Shown here in pieces: positions 41,145 to 52,790 of a stretch of DNA of 64,000 bases. The DNA lies in the NCBI GenBank assembly GCA_963575745.1, contig CAUYUJ010000048.1, forward strand, positions 558,001 to 622,000, in the 5' to 3' direction. This DNA comes from Prorocentrum cordatum (lineage: Eukaryota). Positions within the stretch are counted from its first letter, which is position 1, and each line of letters begins with the position of its first letter. Made by a program: the position numbers and the translations under genes. Under the pieces are notes generated by a model. The model saw only the letters and a program-made list of their open reading frames with translations, ran no database searches and was not told the DNA's origin.

Positions 41145-43307
41145 TGGAGGATCTGCACGGTCAACGTCAATGCGTTCAGCAACCTGGGAAAGTGCATGGC
41201 GGTGAGTGAGGTGCAGGACTGCGACGCCATACTAGTCCAGGAGACGAGGCTCCTGGAGGGAAGGAGCAGTGATGCGGAGGCGCAGCTCCGCAGCCAAGGG
41301 TGGCGGGCGAGAGGCACGCCTGCAGTGCCGTCAGCGGCAGGAGGCCTCAGCACAGGAGGCCTCCCCACCATGGTGAGGAGGAGCCATGGCATGGCGGAGG
41401 TGCAGGACCAGCAGGCAGCGGTGCTGGTGGCAGGGCGAGTGCACCTGTGTTGGGTGTCAGGCGTGCTGAGCAGCGGCTTCTTGCTCGCCAACCTCTACCT
41501 GGAGGCGGGGGTCGGCCTCAACGATGGCAACGTGGCCAGCCTCAGGAGGCTGGCAAGGAGGTTGAGGCAGTGCCGCAGGGACTTCGTGGTGGGCGGCGAT
41601 TGGAACCTCACGGAGGAAGAGTTGCAGGCAGGCGGGGTGCCCGACATGTTCGACGGCGAGGTGGTCAGGCCCGCCTCGCCCACGTGTGCAGCGTCGGGGA
41701 GGACCATCGACTTCTTCCTGGTGCCCAGGGGGCTGGCTGCGCTGGGTGTGCGGGTGGTGGAGGCCTCGCCAGTGTGCCCGCACTCGGCGGTGATCCTCGA
41801 GATCCGCAGGCAGCAAGAGGAGGAGCGCTTCAGGCTGGTCCAGAAGCCGCGGACCTTTCCTGAGGTTCGGCCGCAAGGGTGTTGTGAGAGAGACCACGGC
41901 AGCAGCTGGAGGCAAGCCAGGATGAGGGTGCAGGAGCAGCTCGCGTCGGTGCTGAGGTTCGAGGGTGAGGCCGCAGCGAGGAGCACCCCACGTGCTGAGG
42001 AGGAGGCCCCTCAGCCCAGCAGCAGTGGTGGCGCAGCAGGCCAGCGCACAGCTAGAGCTGGCCAGGAGATTCCCAGGCCAGTGAGGGGCAAGGGAGCTGA
42101 AGGGGTGTCTGCGGCGGAGAGATGGGGACCACTAAGCAGCGTGCTCCCGATCGCACCTGCGCCGCCGTCCTGCGTGACGGACGTGAATCTGATAAGGTGC
42201 TGCGCCCAGCATGGCGAGGAGTGGCAGAGCATCCTCGACAGCTGCGGGCTACGGCGAGAAGTTGGCGCGGAATGGCTCGGCGCTGCACCAGGCGTTGAGG
42301 ACCAGCCAGCGCACCTCGGGGCCCTGGCGCCAGGAGCGCAGGGCACCGACGCAGCGGAGAGAGGGGGCAGCAGCGCCGCGGGCAGCGCTGTGCAGGAGGC
42401 GCAGGCGGACATCCCTCCCCATGCTGGGACTGGCAGTGCACCTCCGAGCCAGGCACCGTACGGAATCGCGGGTTGTCCCTTTCAGGTTGATGCGGCTGAA
42501 GGAGTGCACGTGAGGCCCCCCAGCCTCTGGGTCGAGAAGAGGCAGGCAGCCTCTGCCGCTGAAGAGGAGGCCCCTCAGCCCAGCAGCAGCGGTGGCGCAG
42601 CAGGTCAGCGCGCAGCTGGAGCAGGCCAGGAGCTTCCCAGCCCAGCGAGGGGCAAGGAAGCTGAGGAGGTGCCTACGGCGGAGAGATGGGGACCCCTAGG
42701 CAGAGTGCTCCCGATCGCACCTGCGCCGCCATCCTGCGTGACGGACGAGAAGCTGATGATGTGCCGCGCCCAGCATGGCGTGGAGTGGCAGAGCATCCTC
42801 GACAGCTGCGGGCTACGGCAGGAAGCTGGCGATGAAGGGTACGGCGCAGCGCCACGCGGCGAGGTCCAGCCAGCGCACCTCGGAGCTCAGGCGCCAGGAG
42901 CGCATGACGCCGACGCAGCGGAGAGAGGGGGCAGCAGCGCCGCGGGCAGCGCTGCGCAGGAGGAGCAGGCGGGCAGTCCTCCCTATGCTGGGACTGGCAG
43001 TGCACATCCGAGCCAGGCACCGTACGGAAACGCGGGTAGTCCCTTTCAGGTTGAAGCGGCTGAAGGAGTGCACGTGAGGCCCCCCAGCCTCTGGGTCGAG
43101 AAGAGGCAGGCAGCCTCTTCGGCGGGGCAAGCCCAGCGCCTGCAGCAGGACGGGCAGGCCCAGGGCGCGGCGGCGGATGGGGGCTAAGGGAGCCCTCACA
43201 GCCGCCTTCGCCACCTTCCTGGAGTGCGCGGAGGACGAGTGGGTCGACGTATACCAGCTGGAGGAGCAGAGGGCCAGGTACGTTGGCAGAGCGGACGGCT
43301 TCTCCAC
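41145..43307 (+). pseudogene. LINE ORF2 N-terminal part: EEP/APE-like endonuclease (~41145-41800), duplicated insert and frameshifted linker
   Basis: Motifs TVNVN, ILVQETRL, NLYL, FVVGGDWN, RTIDFFL and PHSAV occur in canonical order. The frame stops at 43187; a different frame carries ALTAAFATFLECAEDEWVDVYQLEEQRARYVGR up to the gap. Confidence 0.85.
41994..43121 (+). repeat. Tandem in-frame duplication of 564 bp (188 codons) inside LINE ORF2
   Basis: GCTGARGAGGAGGCCCCTCAGCCCAGCAGCAG begins at 41994 and 42558; both copies end in ...GTCGAGAAGAGGCAGGCAGCCTCT. Confidence 0.95.
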
Positions 43308-43407
43308 NNNNNNNNNNNNNNNNNNNNNNNNNNNNNNNNNNNNNNNNNNNNNNNNNNNNNNNNNNNNNNNNNNNNNNNNNNNNNNNNNNNNNNNNNNNNN
43401 NNNNNNN
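43308..43407. other. Assembly gap (100 N)
   Basis: Run of N. Confidence 0.99.
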
Positions 43408-44037
43408 AGGAGCGAGGAGGAGGAGGAGGAGGAGGAGGAGGAGGAGGATCGAGGAGGAGGAGCGAGGAGGAGGATCGAGGAGGAGGAGGATCGAGGAGGA
43501 GGTTCGAGGAGGAGGAGGAGGGAGGAGGAGGAGCGAGGAGGAGGAGGAGGAGGAGGATCGAGGAGGAGGAGCGAGGAGGAGCGAGGAGGAGAGGACGAGC
43601 CCAGGCCGCAACGTCGTGGTCCTCCGGCAGGGCCCCGGGTGCCCCCTGCTGGCGCCGAGGCCGCAGCCGCCCGCCCGCGTGGCCGCGGGGGGCGCGGCCG
43701 GGGCGGAGGCTCCGGCGCTCGTGGACGACGCCCCCGGAGGCCTGGGGACTGAAGTCGGAACCTGGAGCATATACATTGCCAGTGGCGAGCGGTTTTTCAA
43801 TCCCAGGACTTCTTTTAGGGTCGGGGACCACGTCGAGGGGGTCTGGTGTATACTTTTTCCCCCATTTTCCCGTGGAAACAACAAAAAATGTATATACCAG
43901 GATGCCGTATACACCATAGTCCGTTTTCCTGTGCGAATCTCAGTGCGGGACCAGAAAAAGCATCGGTGTATAAAGTTCGCTTCCTTATGAAGCAGTCCTG
44001 GCTTTACGTCAAGCGCGTCCTTCTACACAGGGGAGAT

Positions 44038-44235
44038 TAGGGGAACAAAATGTGGCATGAACATAAAAACTTGGAGGTCCGCGCGGATTTCTAGGATCGG
44101 CGCTGGGGCCCCCGGCGGCGCCTCTGGCGCCGCCCCTGTCGCGCTCCGCGCGCCAGGGAGGGGGGTCCAGCGCCGATCTGAGAAATCCGCGCGGACCTCC
44201 GAGTTGTTATGTTTATGTCACTCATTGTTCCCCTA
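44038..44235. mobile_element. Fold-back family D (TAGGGGAACAA...GGAGGTCCGCGCGGATTTC / GAAATCCGCGCGGACCTCC...TTGTTCCCCTA); also at 7745-7853 and 6036-6415
   Basis: About 55-bp inverted arms, with an interior GC hairpin (GGCGCCGCCCCTG.CGCGCTCCGCGCGCCAGGGAG) shared with 6095-6180. Confidence 0.75.
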
Positions 44236-44242
44236 GATACAG

Positions 44243-44408
44243 TCAATCCGCGTAGTAAAGATGGGCAAGTTTCCCAAGGGTGCCATTGCATCCTTGCCCC
44301 TTCGGCCCATCCTTAGCGACGTTCGCTGGCCATCCTCGACCGAAAAACGTCAACATCGTCTTTTAAGGCCCTTGCATCCTTACCGCGCAGCCTTACTATA
44401 CGGGTTGA
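44243..44408. mobile_element. MITE-like family C (ends TCAATCCGCGTAGTAAAG / CCTTACTATACGGGTTGA); decayed copies at ~11907-12080, 14737-14900, 15050-15385, 25420-25550 and 28620-28780
   Basis: Imperfect TIRs and a shared interior CCCAAGG..CCTTGCATCCTT.CCCCTTCGGCCCAT...TTCGCTGGCC...AAGGCCCTTGCATCCTTA. Confidence 0.75.
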
Positions 44409-45716
44409 TTAGATGGAAAAATAGTCTATACATGATCTAGGGAAGATAGCCTGGGGGCTCAGACGCCGTGGCGGAGCGTCCTGGCTTTCCTACAGTCGGG
44501 GATGGACATAGCCCCCGCCCTGACACGTCGATTCGTGAACTGTCCGTTTTCGGTTCTCGAGAGGGCGCCGCGGACGTCATTTTCCAGGCTTGCGCCCGCC
44601 AGGTTTGGCCCCGACGTCGTTTTCACTAAATTACGTTCTGCTAAACGGGAGTTCTGTCCATCCCCGATGTAAGCCCACCAAAAAATGTTTTACGAACCGT
44701 TTGTGGTCTGCACGAGATGTTCTTGGAGAGCAGTTCTGGCCGAGACTGTCTTGCTTCAGCACACCGAGCTTCTGTTCTAAGAACCTTAGTTTTGTTTTCA
44801 GAACACGTTGGAGTCCTAAGAACATGTCGCGGTAAGCCTATAGGAATGCCAGGACGGTCGGTGCCTGCTCAAAGGGCGCGTCTTGTTCAGTCGTTGGGTT
44901 GTTGATGTCGGCCACGCGCAGAGGGGGGGGTAGGGGAGGGGGGAAGGCTTCTTAGAAACACCCCTGCTTCTTAGAAAGCGCGGGCCTTGTCGATAGATGT
45001 AGGAGCGGTGCCCTCTAAGAAGCAGGGGTGCTTCTAATAAGCATTTTCCCCATCCCCCATCCGCCGCCAATAATGGGAGGGGGGGCGATGAATGAGCGAC
45101 GCCAAAAAACGTAGTCGTCTGCGCCGATCTTGGCGCGTGAGCTGTCCGCGTAAGGTCGCGCGTAAGCGCCCTCGTCTCCATTGTGGTGTGCCGCGCTGGC
45201 AGCCCGCGTAAGCCGCCGCGGTTTCGGATCGTCGCTCAAATGTCGGGAAGCTTGAGACGGGGGTCAATGCGAACGGGGGCCACCCAGAGCGCCGGATCTT
45301 GCGGGAGCCTGCAGGATCTTTAGGGCCTTGCAGGGCCCCGCAGGATCCTGCAAAGGCTGGATCTGCACTCGCCCGGGCCAGTCGAAACCCGACTTGTTCG
45401 TGCGCTGCGCATTAGGGGGCGATCGCTTCAAGTCGGGCCTGTCCTTCTACAGGAGGAGTATGTTTGACTATGTTCGCAGATGTGCTGTCTGTGTTTTTTC
45501 CCCATATCCTAAGGATTGGGGTTCTTGTTATTACTCTGACGCCTCCCACTCCTCCTCCTCCTTCTTCCTCCCGCTCGCGCCTCCCTCCTCCCAATGATAA
45601 TCACCAGATAAGACAAGACAAGATAAGATACTACAATATAAGATAAGATAACACAATATATGATAAGAAGAGATTTCAAGATAAGATAAGATATGTTAAG
45701 CTCACACTCACACTCT

Positions 45717-46706
45717 CTCATGATCACAAAACGCTGCCAGGGGCATCACTTGGGAGCCCCAAGGGGGAGCCACCCTGGCTGATCTCACGAGCCCGTTCGC
45801 GCCGATTTTGGTGGGACGTCTCAGCTAAAATTGCCGTTTGGCCTCCCCAACATGTCTCTCTTGAGAGCCTCATGGTCACAAAACGCTGCCAGGGGCTTCA
45901 TTTGGGAGCCCCAAGGGGGAGCCACCCTGGCTGATCTCACGAGCCCGTTCGCGCCGATTTTGGTGGGGCGTCTCAGCTAAAATTGCCGTTTGGCCTCCCC
46001 AACATGTCTCTCTTGAGAGCCTCATGGTCACAAAACGTTGCCAGGGGCATCATTTGGGAGCCCCAAGGGGGAGCCACCCTGGCTGATCTCACGAGCCCGT
46101 TCGCGCCGATTTTGGTGGGACGTCTCAGCTAGAATTGCCGTTGGCGCCCCCAACATGTATCTCTTGAGAGCCTCATGGTCGCAAAACGCTGCCAGGGGCA
46201 TCATTTGGGAGCCCCAAGGGGGAGCCACCCTGGCTGATCTCACGAGCCCGTTCGCGCCGATTTTGGTGGGACGTCTCAGCTAGAATTGCCGTTTGGCGCC
46301 CCGAACATGTATCTCTTGAGAGCCTCATGGTCACAAAACGCTGCCAGGGGCATCATTTGGGAGCCCAAGGGGGAGCCACCCTGGCTGATCTCACGAGCCC
46401 GTTCGCGCCGATTTTGGTGGGACGTCTCAGCTAGAATTGCCGTTTGGCTTCCCCAACATGTATCTCTTGAGGGGCTCATGGTCACAAAACGCTGCCAGGG
46501 GCATCATTTGGGAGCCCCAAGGGGGAGCCACCCTGGCTGTTCTCACGAGCCCGTTCGCGCCGATTTTGGTGGGACGCCTCAGCTAGAATTGCCGTTTGGC
46601 TTCCCCAACATGTATCTCTTGAGAGCCTCGTGGTCACAAAACGCTGCCAGGGGCATCATTTGGGAGCCCCAAGGGGGAGCCACCCTGGCTGATCTCACGA
46701 GCCCGT
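45717..46706. repeat. Homogeneous tandem satellite, 151-152-bp unit, ~6.5 copies
   Basis: Units CTCATGGTCACAAAACGCTGCCAGGGGC... start at 45717, 45869, 46021, 46172, 46324, 46475 and 46627. Confidence 0.97.
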
Positions 46707-46715
46707 GACGAGAGA

Positions 46716-46751
<36 letters not shown>

Positions 46752-46796
46752 AAGAGAGAGAGAGAGAGAGAGAGAGGAAGCGAGAGAGAGGGAGAG

Positions 46797-46831
<35 letters not shown>

Positions 46832-46984
46832 CGGAGAGAGAGAGAGGGGGAGTTGAGAGAGGAGACAGGCGAGAGAAAGAGAGAAGAGAGAAGAGAGAGA
46901 GAGAGAAAGAGAGAGCGAGAGAGAGAGAAGAGAGAAGAGAGAGGAGAGGAGGAGAAGAGTGAAGAGGAGAAGAGGAGAGATGAG

Positions 46985-47023
<39 letters not shown>

Positions 47024-47078
47024 CAGAGAGGAGAGAGAGAGAGAGAGATTGAAAAAAGTGAGAGAGGAGGGGGGGAGG

Positions 47079-47110
<32 letters not shown>

Positions 47111-47189
47111 AGAGGAGATGAGAGAGGAGAGATGAGAGAGAGAGAGAGGGAGAGAGAGAGAGAGAGGGAGAGACAGGGAGAGAGTGAGA

Positions 47190-47280
<91 letters not shown>

Positions 47281-47446
47281 GGAGAGAGCGAGAGAGAGAG
47301 AGAGAGCAGAGAGAGAGAGAGATAGCGGGAGAGAGCGAGGGAGAGCGAGAGAGAGCGAGAGAGAGCGAGTGAGAGCGAGAGAGAGAGAGAGAGAGCGAGA
47401 GAGAGCGACAGAGAGCGAGAGAGAGCAAGAGAGAGCGAGAGAGCGA

Positions 47447-47519
<73 letters not shown>

Positions 47520-47539
47520 GAGAAGAGAAGAGAGAGAGC

Positions 47540-47572
<33 letters not shown>

Positions 47573-47816
47573 GAGAGAGCAGAGAGAGAATAGAGAGAAG
47601 AGAGAGAGGAGAGAGAGAGAGAGAGAGGCAGAGATAGAGGCAGAGAGAGAGAGGCACAGAGAGAGAGGCAGAGAGAGAGAGAGAGGCAGAGAGACAGAGG
47701 CAGAGAGAGAGGCAGAGAGAGAGAGAGAGAGAGGCAGGGAAAGAGAGGCAGAGACAGAGAGAGGGCAGAGAGAGAGAGAGAGAGACAGAGAGAGCAGAGA
47801 GAGCAGAGAGAGAGGC
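46707..47816. repeat. Long imperfect (GA)n tract
   Basis: About 1.1 kb of GA/GAGC/GAGGCA repeats. Confidence 0.98.
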
Positions 47817-48289
47817 AGCTCAGTCACACTTGAATCCAGATTCGTCCTCACCGAGTCCCACCACCAAGGGAGCGCCAGCAAGGGGATGCACATATGGGGA
47901 TCCCCACGCAGTGAATAATTGTTTCGTCCATGTTTGCCGCTGTTTTGATTATGTTTTTGGTGGGCGATCATCGTGCAACGTTGAATCGCGGTCGCGAAAC
48001 CGCGGGGCGGGCGCCCCCACCCTGGCCCGAATGCTTGGGCGAACGGGAGGGGGCGCCGCGCGACGCGCAGCGGCGCGGGGCGACGCGTGCCCAAGCGTTG
48101 GGTGCGCGACGTCACGAAGTCCGCCCTGCTTGCATGGGCGAGCGCGCGAGGGGGGGCGTGCGCCGCCCAGGGTTGGGAAGGGCGTCGCGCACGCACGGTT
48201 GGTCGGGGTGTCCCGCCACGCTCGGCGAGGGGCACCTGCGGTGCGTGCGGGTGCCGTCGCGCGCTTGCCCATGTAACGTGCAATGCCTG

Positions 48290-49200
48290 GGCGCGGCACC
48301 CCGCACGTGTGAGTCGCGCGTCCTCGGCTCACTGGTGGCCGCTGCTCCGCGCGTGCGTTGCGCGGTCTGGTTCTTCGTGGCGCGGTCTGCCCCTTTGTGG
48401 CACCTGCACGTGCCAGGCGTGTGTCCACGTGTGGGGCGCGCGTCAGGCCCTTGGTGGCACGTTCTGCCCGGGTGTGGCACCATGCGCGTGTGAGGCGTGC
48501 ATCCTCGGCTCATCTGCGGCCGCAATTCGGCACGTGTGAGGCGTGCGTCTGGCCCTTGGTGGCACGTTCTGCCCGGGCGTGGCGCGCCCGTGCGTGGCAC
48601 TCTGCACGTGTGAGGCGTGTTTCGTCGGATCATCAGTGGCCGCAATTCCGCACCTGTGAAGCGTGCGGCTGGCCCTTTGTGGCACGTCTGCCCGTATGTG
48701 GCACGCCCGCGCGTGGCATCTTGCACGTGCGAGGCGTATCCTCGGCCCACCGATGGCCGCAACTCCGCCTGTGTGAGTCGCGTGTCTGGCCCTGCGTGGC
48801 ACGTTCTGCCCGTGCGTGGCACGCCCGCGTGTGGCACTTGAACGCGTGAGGCGTGTTTCCTCGGCTCATGTTGGCCGCAACTCCGCACGTGTGAGGCGTG
48901 GGTCTGGCCCTTCGTGGCACGTTCTGCCCGTGTGTGGCTCTTAGCACGTGCGAGGCGTGTGTCATTGGCTCATTGGTGGCCGCAAATCTGCCCGCGCGTG
49001 GCGCGTGTCCGGCCCGTTGTGGCACGCTTCGCCCGTGCGTGGCATCTTGCACGAGGCGTGTATCTCGGCTCATTGGCGTCCGCAACTCCGCCCGTGTGAG
49101 GCGCGCGTCTGGCCCTGCGTGGCACGTTCTGCCCGCGCGTGGCCCCCGGCTCACGCGATGCGTGCATCCTCGGCTCACTGGTGGCCGCAATTCCGCGAGT
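48290..49200. repeat. Diverged tandem repeat of ~104-120 bp, rich in GCACGT/CACGTG, upstream of the DIRS-like element
   Basis: Anchor GGCCGCAAYTCCGCAC recurs at ~48518, 48638, 48755, 48873, 48977, 49078 and 49183. Confidence 0.85.
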
Positions 49201-49286
49201 GGGAAGTGACGCGCCACGCCCGCGTCGTCCGCGCAGCGCGCAGCTGATCAGCGGGAGAAGTCAGATTTCGCATTCGCGCGGGCATC

Positions 49287-50810
49287 ATGGCCGCTTCGAC
49301 GTTTCCTGGTTGGGCGGCCAAGGCCAAGTCCGAGGCCCCGCGAGGGGGTGAGTTCTACAGGAATTTGGCCGAGTTGCTCACTGGGCCCACGTGCTCGAAG
49401 TGGATCCGAGTTCGCTGAAGGGCCTCGACTCAGCTGGAAAGGTGGGCGCTCGACGCGCGGCGGCTGCTGGCCTGCCGATGCGGTCTGGCAGGCGGGATGC
49501 GCCAAGGCATTGGCCCGTGCGGCTCGCGAGCAGAAAGGCCCGGGCCAGGCGCAGCTTGCGCCAGCTGCAGTGGATCTGCCCCGCCTCGCGGAAGCGCTGC
49601 GCTCCACGCGCGAACCGACCGCCGAGCACGTGGCGATTGGGCCCGCCATCCGCCGCGCGGGAGGTCGCAGGGTTGAGGGTTGCGCGTGCGTCGCTGGGCG
49701 TCGGCGCGCCAGGCGCCGCCCTTGCAGCCATCATCTGCTGCGGTCGACGCCCTGGGGGCCCGAGCAGCAAAGCTCCAGCGCGAGGGCGTGGCCAACCCAT
49801 GGGCGCCGCCAGACCTCAAGGCGCGATCGCTCCGCGCGCGCCCGCGCGGCGCGCCCCGTTGGCGCGCGCGGAAGGCTTTCCTGCCGTTCTGGGCTTCGGG
49901 CACAGCGCAGGGGGCGGAGGCGGACCCCTCGGCTGCTGGGGTCCAGAAAGGGCCGCTGCCGTTCAACCAGTGGCGCCCGGCCTTTCATGCGCGCGCGGCC
50001 GCGGCAGCGATCTTGGACGACCAGCCGAGCTCCATGTCACTTTGGTGTCATAAGCAGCACGTGGTGCAGGTGCTTCCTGCCCGAAACGCACGGCGGCGCG
50101 GCCCCGCGCTGGCGCGGCGCAGGTGGCCGCGCGTGCGAATTCGCCTAACGATCGGCCGCGCCTGGCGTCGCACGTCGACGCGGCGGCGCGCCGCTCGTGG
50201 GCAGGGAGATCCAGGGCGGGAGACCCGACCTTCGAGGCTCTGCGACGCGCGTGTGTTTTTGCGCCTGGCCCGGCCTCCGCCTTGCGTTGAAGGTGAACCG
50301 CGCTGCGCAGACGCGGGGCGAGGGCTTGCTGCGCGCGGCCGCAGCCGCGCGCGACGCGGCGGAGTGCAAGCGAGCGAAGGCATCGACACCTCGCCAGGAG
50401 CCCCCAGCGGGGAGCGACCGCGGAGGCAAGGGAGGCCAGGCGAGGACTGCCGGGGCGACTGGCACCCGGCTGCGGGGTCTGCCGCGAGCGGGCACCGCGG
50501 CGGCTGGGGCAACCGCGGGAGCTGGAACGCCGGAAACCAGAGCGGGGGAAAGTGCGAGCGGTCCAGCAAAGGGGACCGCGAGGGCAAGAGCGGCAACCTG
50601 GCGGCACCGAGGACGCCCGAGCAGCGCGTCAAGCGCCCGCGAGGCGAGTTCAGAGTCGCGGGGGGGCCACGCCTGCCGACCGCGTTCGCGCCGCTCGCCA
50701 GGCATCGGGCCAGTGCAGAGCGCGATGGAGGAGCCAGCTGCCCAGCGAATGAGCGCTGCCGCGCGCGACGTGAGTGCCGGGGGGCGATGCGAGACTCCAG
50801 ACCGCGCTGA
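49287..50810 (+). pseudogene. Putative gag-like ORF of the DIRS-like element (fragmented)
   Basis: ATG 49287 (MAASTFPGWAAKAKSE...) and frameshifted coding-like segments (KLQREGVANPW, FLPFWA, PLPFNQWRPAF) directly upstream of pol. Assigned by position only. Confidence 0.45.
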
Positions 50811-50879
50811 CAATGTGCAAGGGGAGGCGCAGGCACATTCTGCGCCATTGCTGCATGAGGCGTCATCGGCGGGCGCAGC

Positions 50880-52790
50880 CGAGGACATGCCGAAACTCGA
50901 ATTCACGCGCGGCGCGTTGGGATCTGACCACGCGCAGCCGGCTTTCCCTGTTGCCGATAAAGAAATTCGCGGCATCTTCGCGCGGTCCGCGGCGTCCGGC
51001 CCCTGCGATGTTGCGCGCGCGAGGGGGTGTTGGATCCGCGAGATTGAACGCCTTGGCCGCTCGTTTGAAGACAGCGGCGAGGCGGAGGAATGGCGCAGGC
51101 AGGCGCCACCGCAACTCGAGCAGATTATTCGCAAAGTTAACGTCCCGTTGCTCCGTGCGCTCGTAGCGCGGTCGGAATACGGAGACACAGGCGTTGTGCA
51201 TTGCTTCGCGGAGGGCGCGCCAATCGCGGGAGCGCCGCCGTCGACGGGGACTGGCATTCTCGCGCAAGGGGCGCCTGCCCGGACGTTGCCGCACTGCGCT
51301 TGGGCGCGGTGGCGCATAACCAAAAGATTCTAAGCCAATGCGCGAATCCGAGGGGGCGAGCGCGCTCCTAGAGAAGACGCGCGAGGGCGCTAGTCTAGGG
51401 CGAATGTCGCGGCCGATTGCTTTTCTGGCGTCGGCGACTGCTGCCGAGATCGCGCGAGTCGTCGGCGATGACGCGCGTTTGCTGCCGAGATTTCCCGCGG
51501 CGCAGCGCAGGCCAGATGGGGGCGTCAAAATCCGGCCCGTCGATGACGGCACTCGCGCCAGCATTGCGGAAGCGACGCTGCCCGGGGAGAAACTTGTCGT
51601 TGACGGGGTCGCTCGTGTGATTGCGGCGCGCCGCGCCTTCTTTGAAGCGCGCGGCGTGGCGCCGGCCCTGTGGAAAGCGGATATTGACGCCGCGTGCAGG
51701 CGCATCCCGCTCGCCCCAGGCCACGCGTGCGCGGCGTGGAGCGCATTCCTGGCGGGCGGCCGTCCGTGGGTCTCGCAGCATTATGCGCCCCCCTTTCGGA
51801 GCGTCTGGGTCCGTGCACGGTCGGGGCCGAGTTGCCGCTTTCCTTCGGCGCGCAGCGCGGCGTCTGCCGCGGACCCCCGCGGGGCGGCATGTCGACGATT
51901 ACTTTGCCCCTGATGCCGCGAAATCGGCAGCGCGTGCCATGGAAGTTTTCGCGCGGCTGGCGCGTGCCATCTTTGGGCCCGGCAGCGTTGCCAGCGGCAA
52001 GCTCGAGTGGGGCAACGAGCTTGTCTTGCTGGGGGTTCACTCCGCCTTCTCCGGCGCGGGCGCCAATTGCGCCCCGTCGGAGGACAAGGCGCGCAAGTGG
52101 GCTGGCGCGATCACTCGCGCGCTCGAATCAGGAAAACTCGAGCCGGGCGCGGCGTCGAAGCTGGCCAGGGCACTATCCTGGGCCAGTCAGTCGCTGTCCA
52201 AGCGGCTGGGCAGAGCTTTTCTGCGACCGTTATTCGCGCAGCAGCACGGCTGCGGCTCTCGCGTCAAGACTCCGCTGCGCATAGCGTTCGAGTGGTGGCG
52301 CGAAGTGCTGGGCGCGGACAACAACGAAGTGGCGGAGTGGACAGCCCGCCCTCTGGACGCGGCGCATTTGTTTGCCGATGCGCGGAGCACCTCGCCGCGC
52401 GCGGCGGCGGCGCTGTTCGCGCACGACCGAGTGGCACACAGAGTGGGCGCCGGACGCCGCGGCGTTGCGGCTGTTCGGGCAGCGCGGCGACAATCATATT
52501 ATGAGCCTGGAGCTATTGGCCATCGCTGTGGCCATGTCGTCTTTCAGACATCTGTCGTCGAACCGGCGCTAGAGATTTTTCAGACAACCGCGGAGCAGAG
52601 CAGGCGGTGGCGCGAGGATCCGCGCGCCATTTTGACCGCGCCTGCCTCGTGCACGGGGCATGAGCGCTGGCTGCCGAAGTCTCGGCATCCGCGTGGGTCC
52701 ATCGGGCGCCCTCGGCTTCGAATATCGCAGATCCGCTGTCGCGGGAAGATTACGACCTGGTGCGCCGCTTGGGCGCGACTTGTGTAGAAC
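50880..52790 (+). pseudogene. DIRS-type reverse transcriptase and RNase H (frameshifted)
   Basis: RT motifs KIRPVDD, LWKADIDAACRRIPL, PFGASGSVH, HVDDYF (51888; YxDD site), LVLLGV and GRAFLRPLF. RNase H motifs LFADARST (~52368), IMSLELLAI (~52500), DN (~52583) and SNIADPLSR (~52718). Confidence 0.88.

Larger units (their letters stand above)
39881..43307 (+). mobile_element. Non-LTR (LINE-like) retrotransposon, 5' part, SL-capped; 3' part (RT) not visible because of the N gap
   Basis: SL, short 5' UTR, ORF1, then ORF2 with an EEP endonuclease and a linker motif (AEDEW...YVGR) that is also seen in the second LINE. Sequence enters the N run at 43308. Confidence 0.85.

Noticed and set aside
39903..43187. 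1094-aa ORF taken as one protein
   Set aside because: Its first ~410 codons are an off-frame reading of the 5' UTR and ORF1; only the part from ~41145 has endonuclease motifs.
45717..46706. CRISPR array
   Set aside because: Whole 152-bp units are repeated with no unique spacers, there are no cas genes, and the context is eukaryotic.
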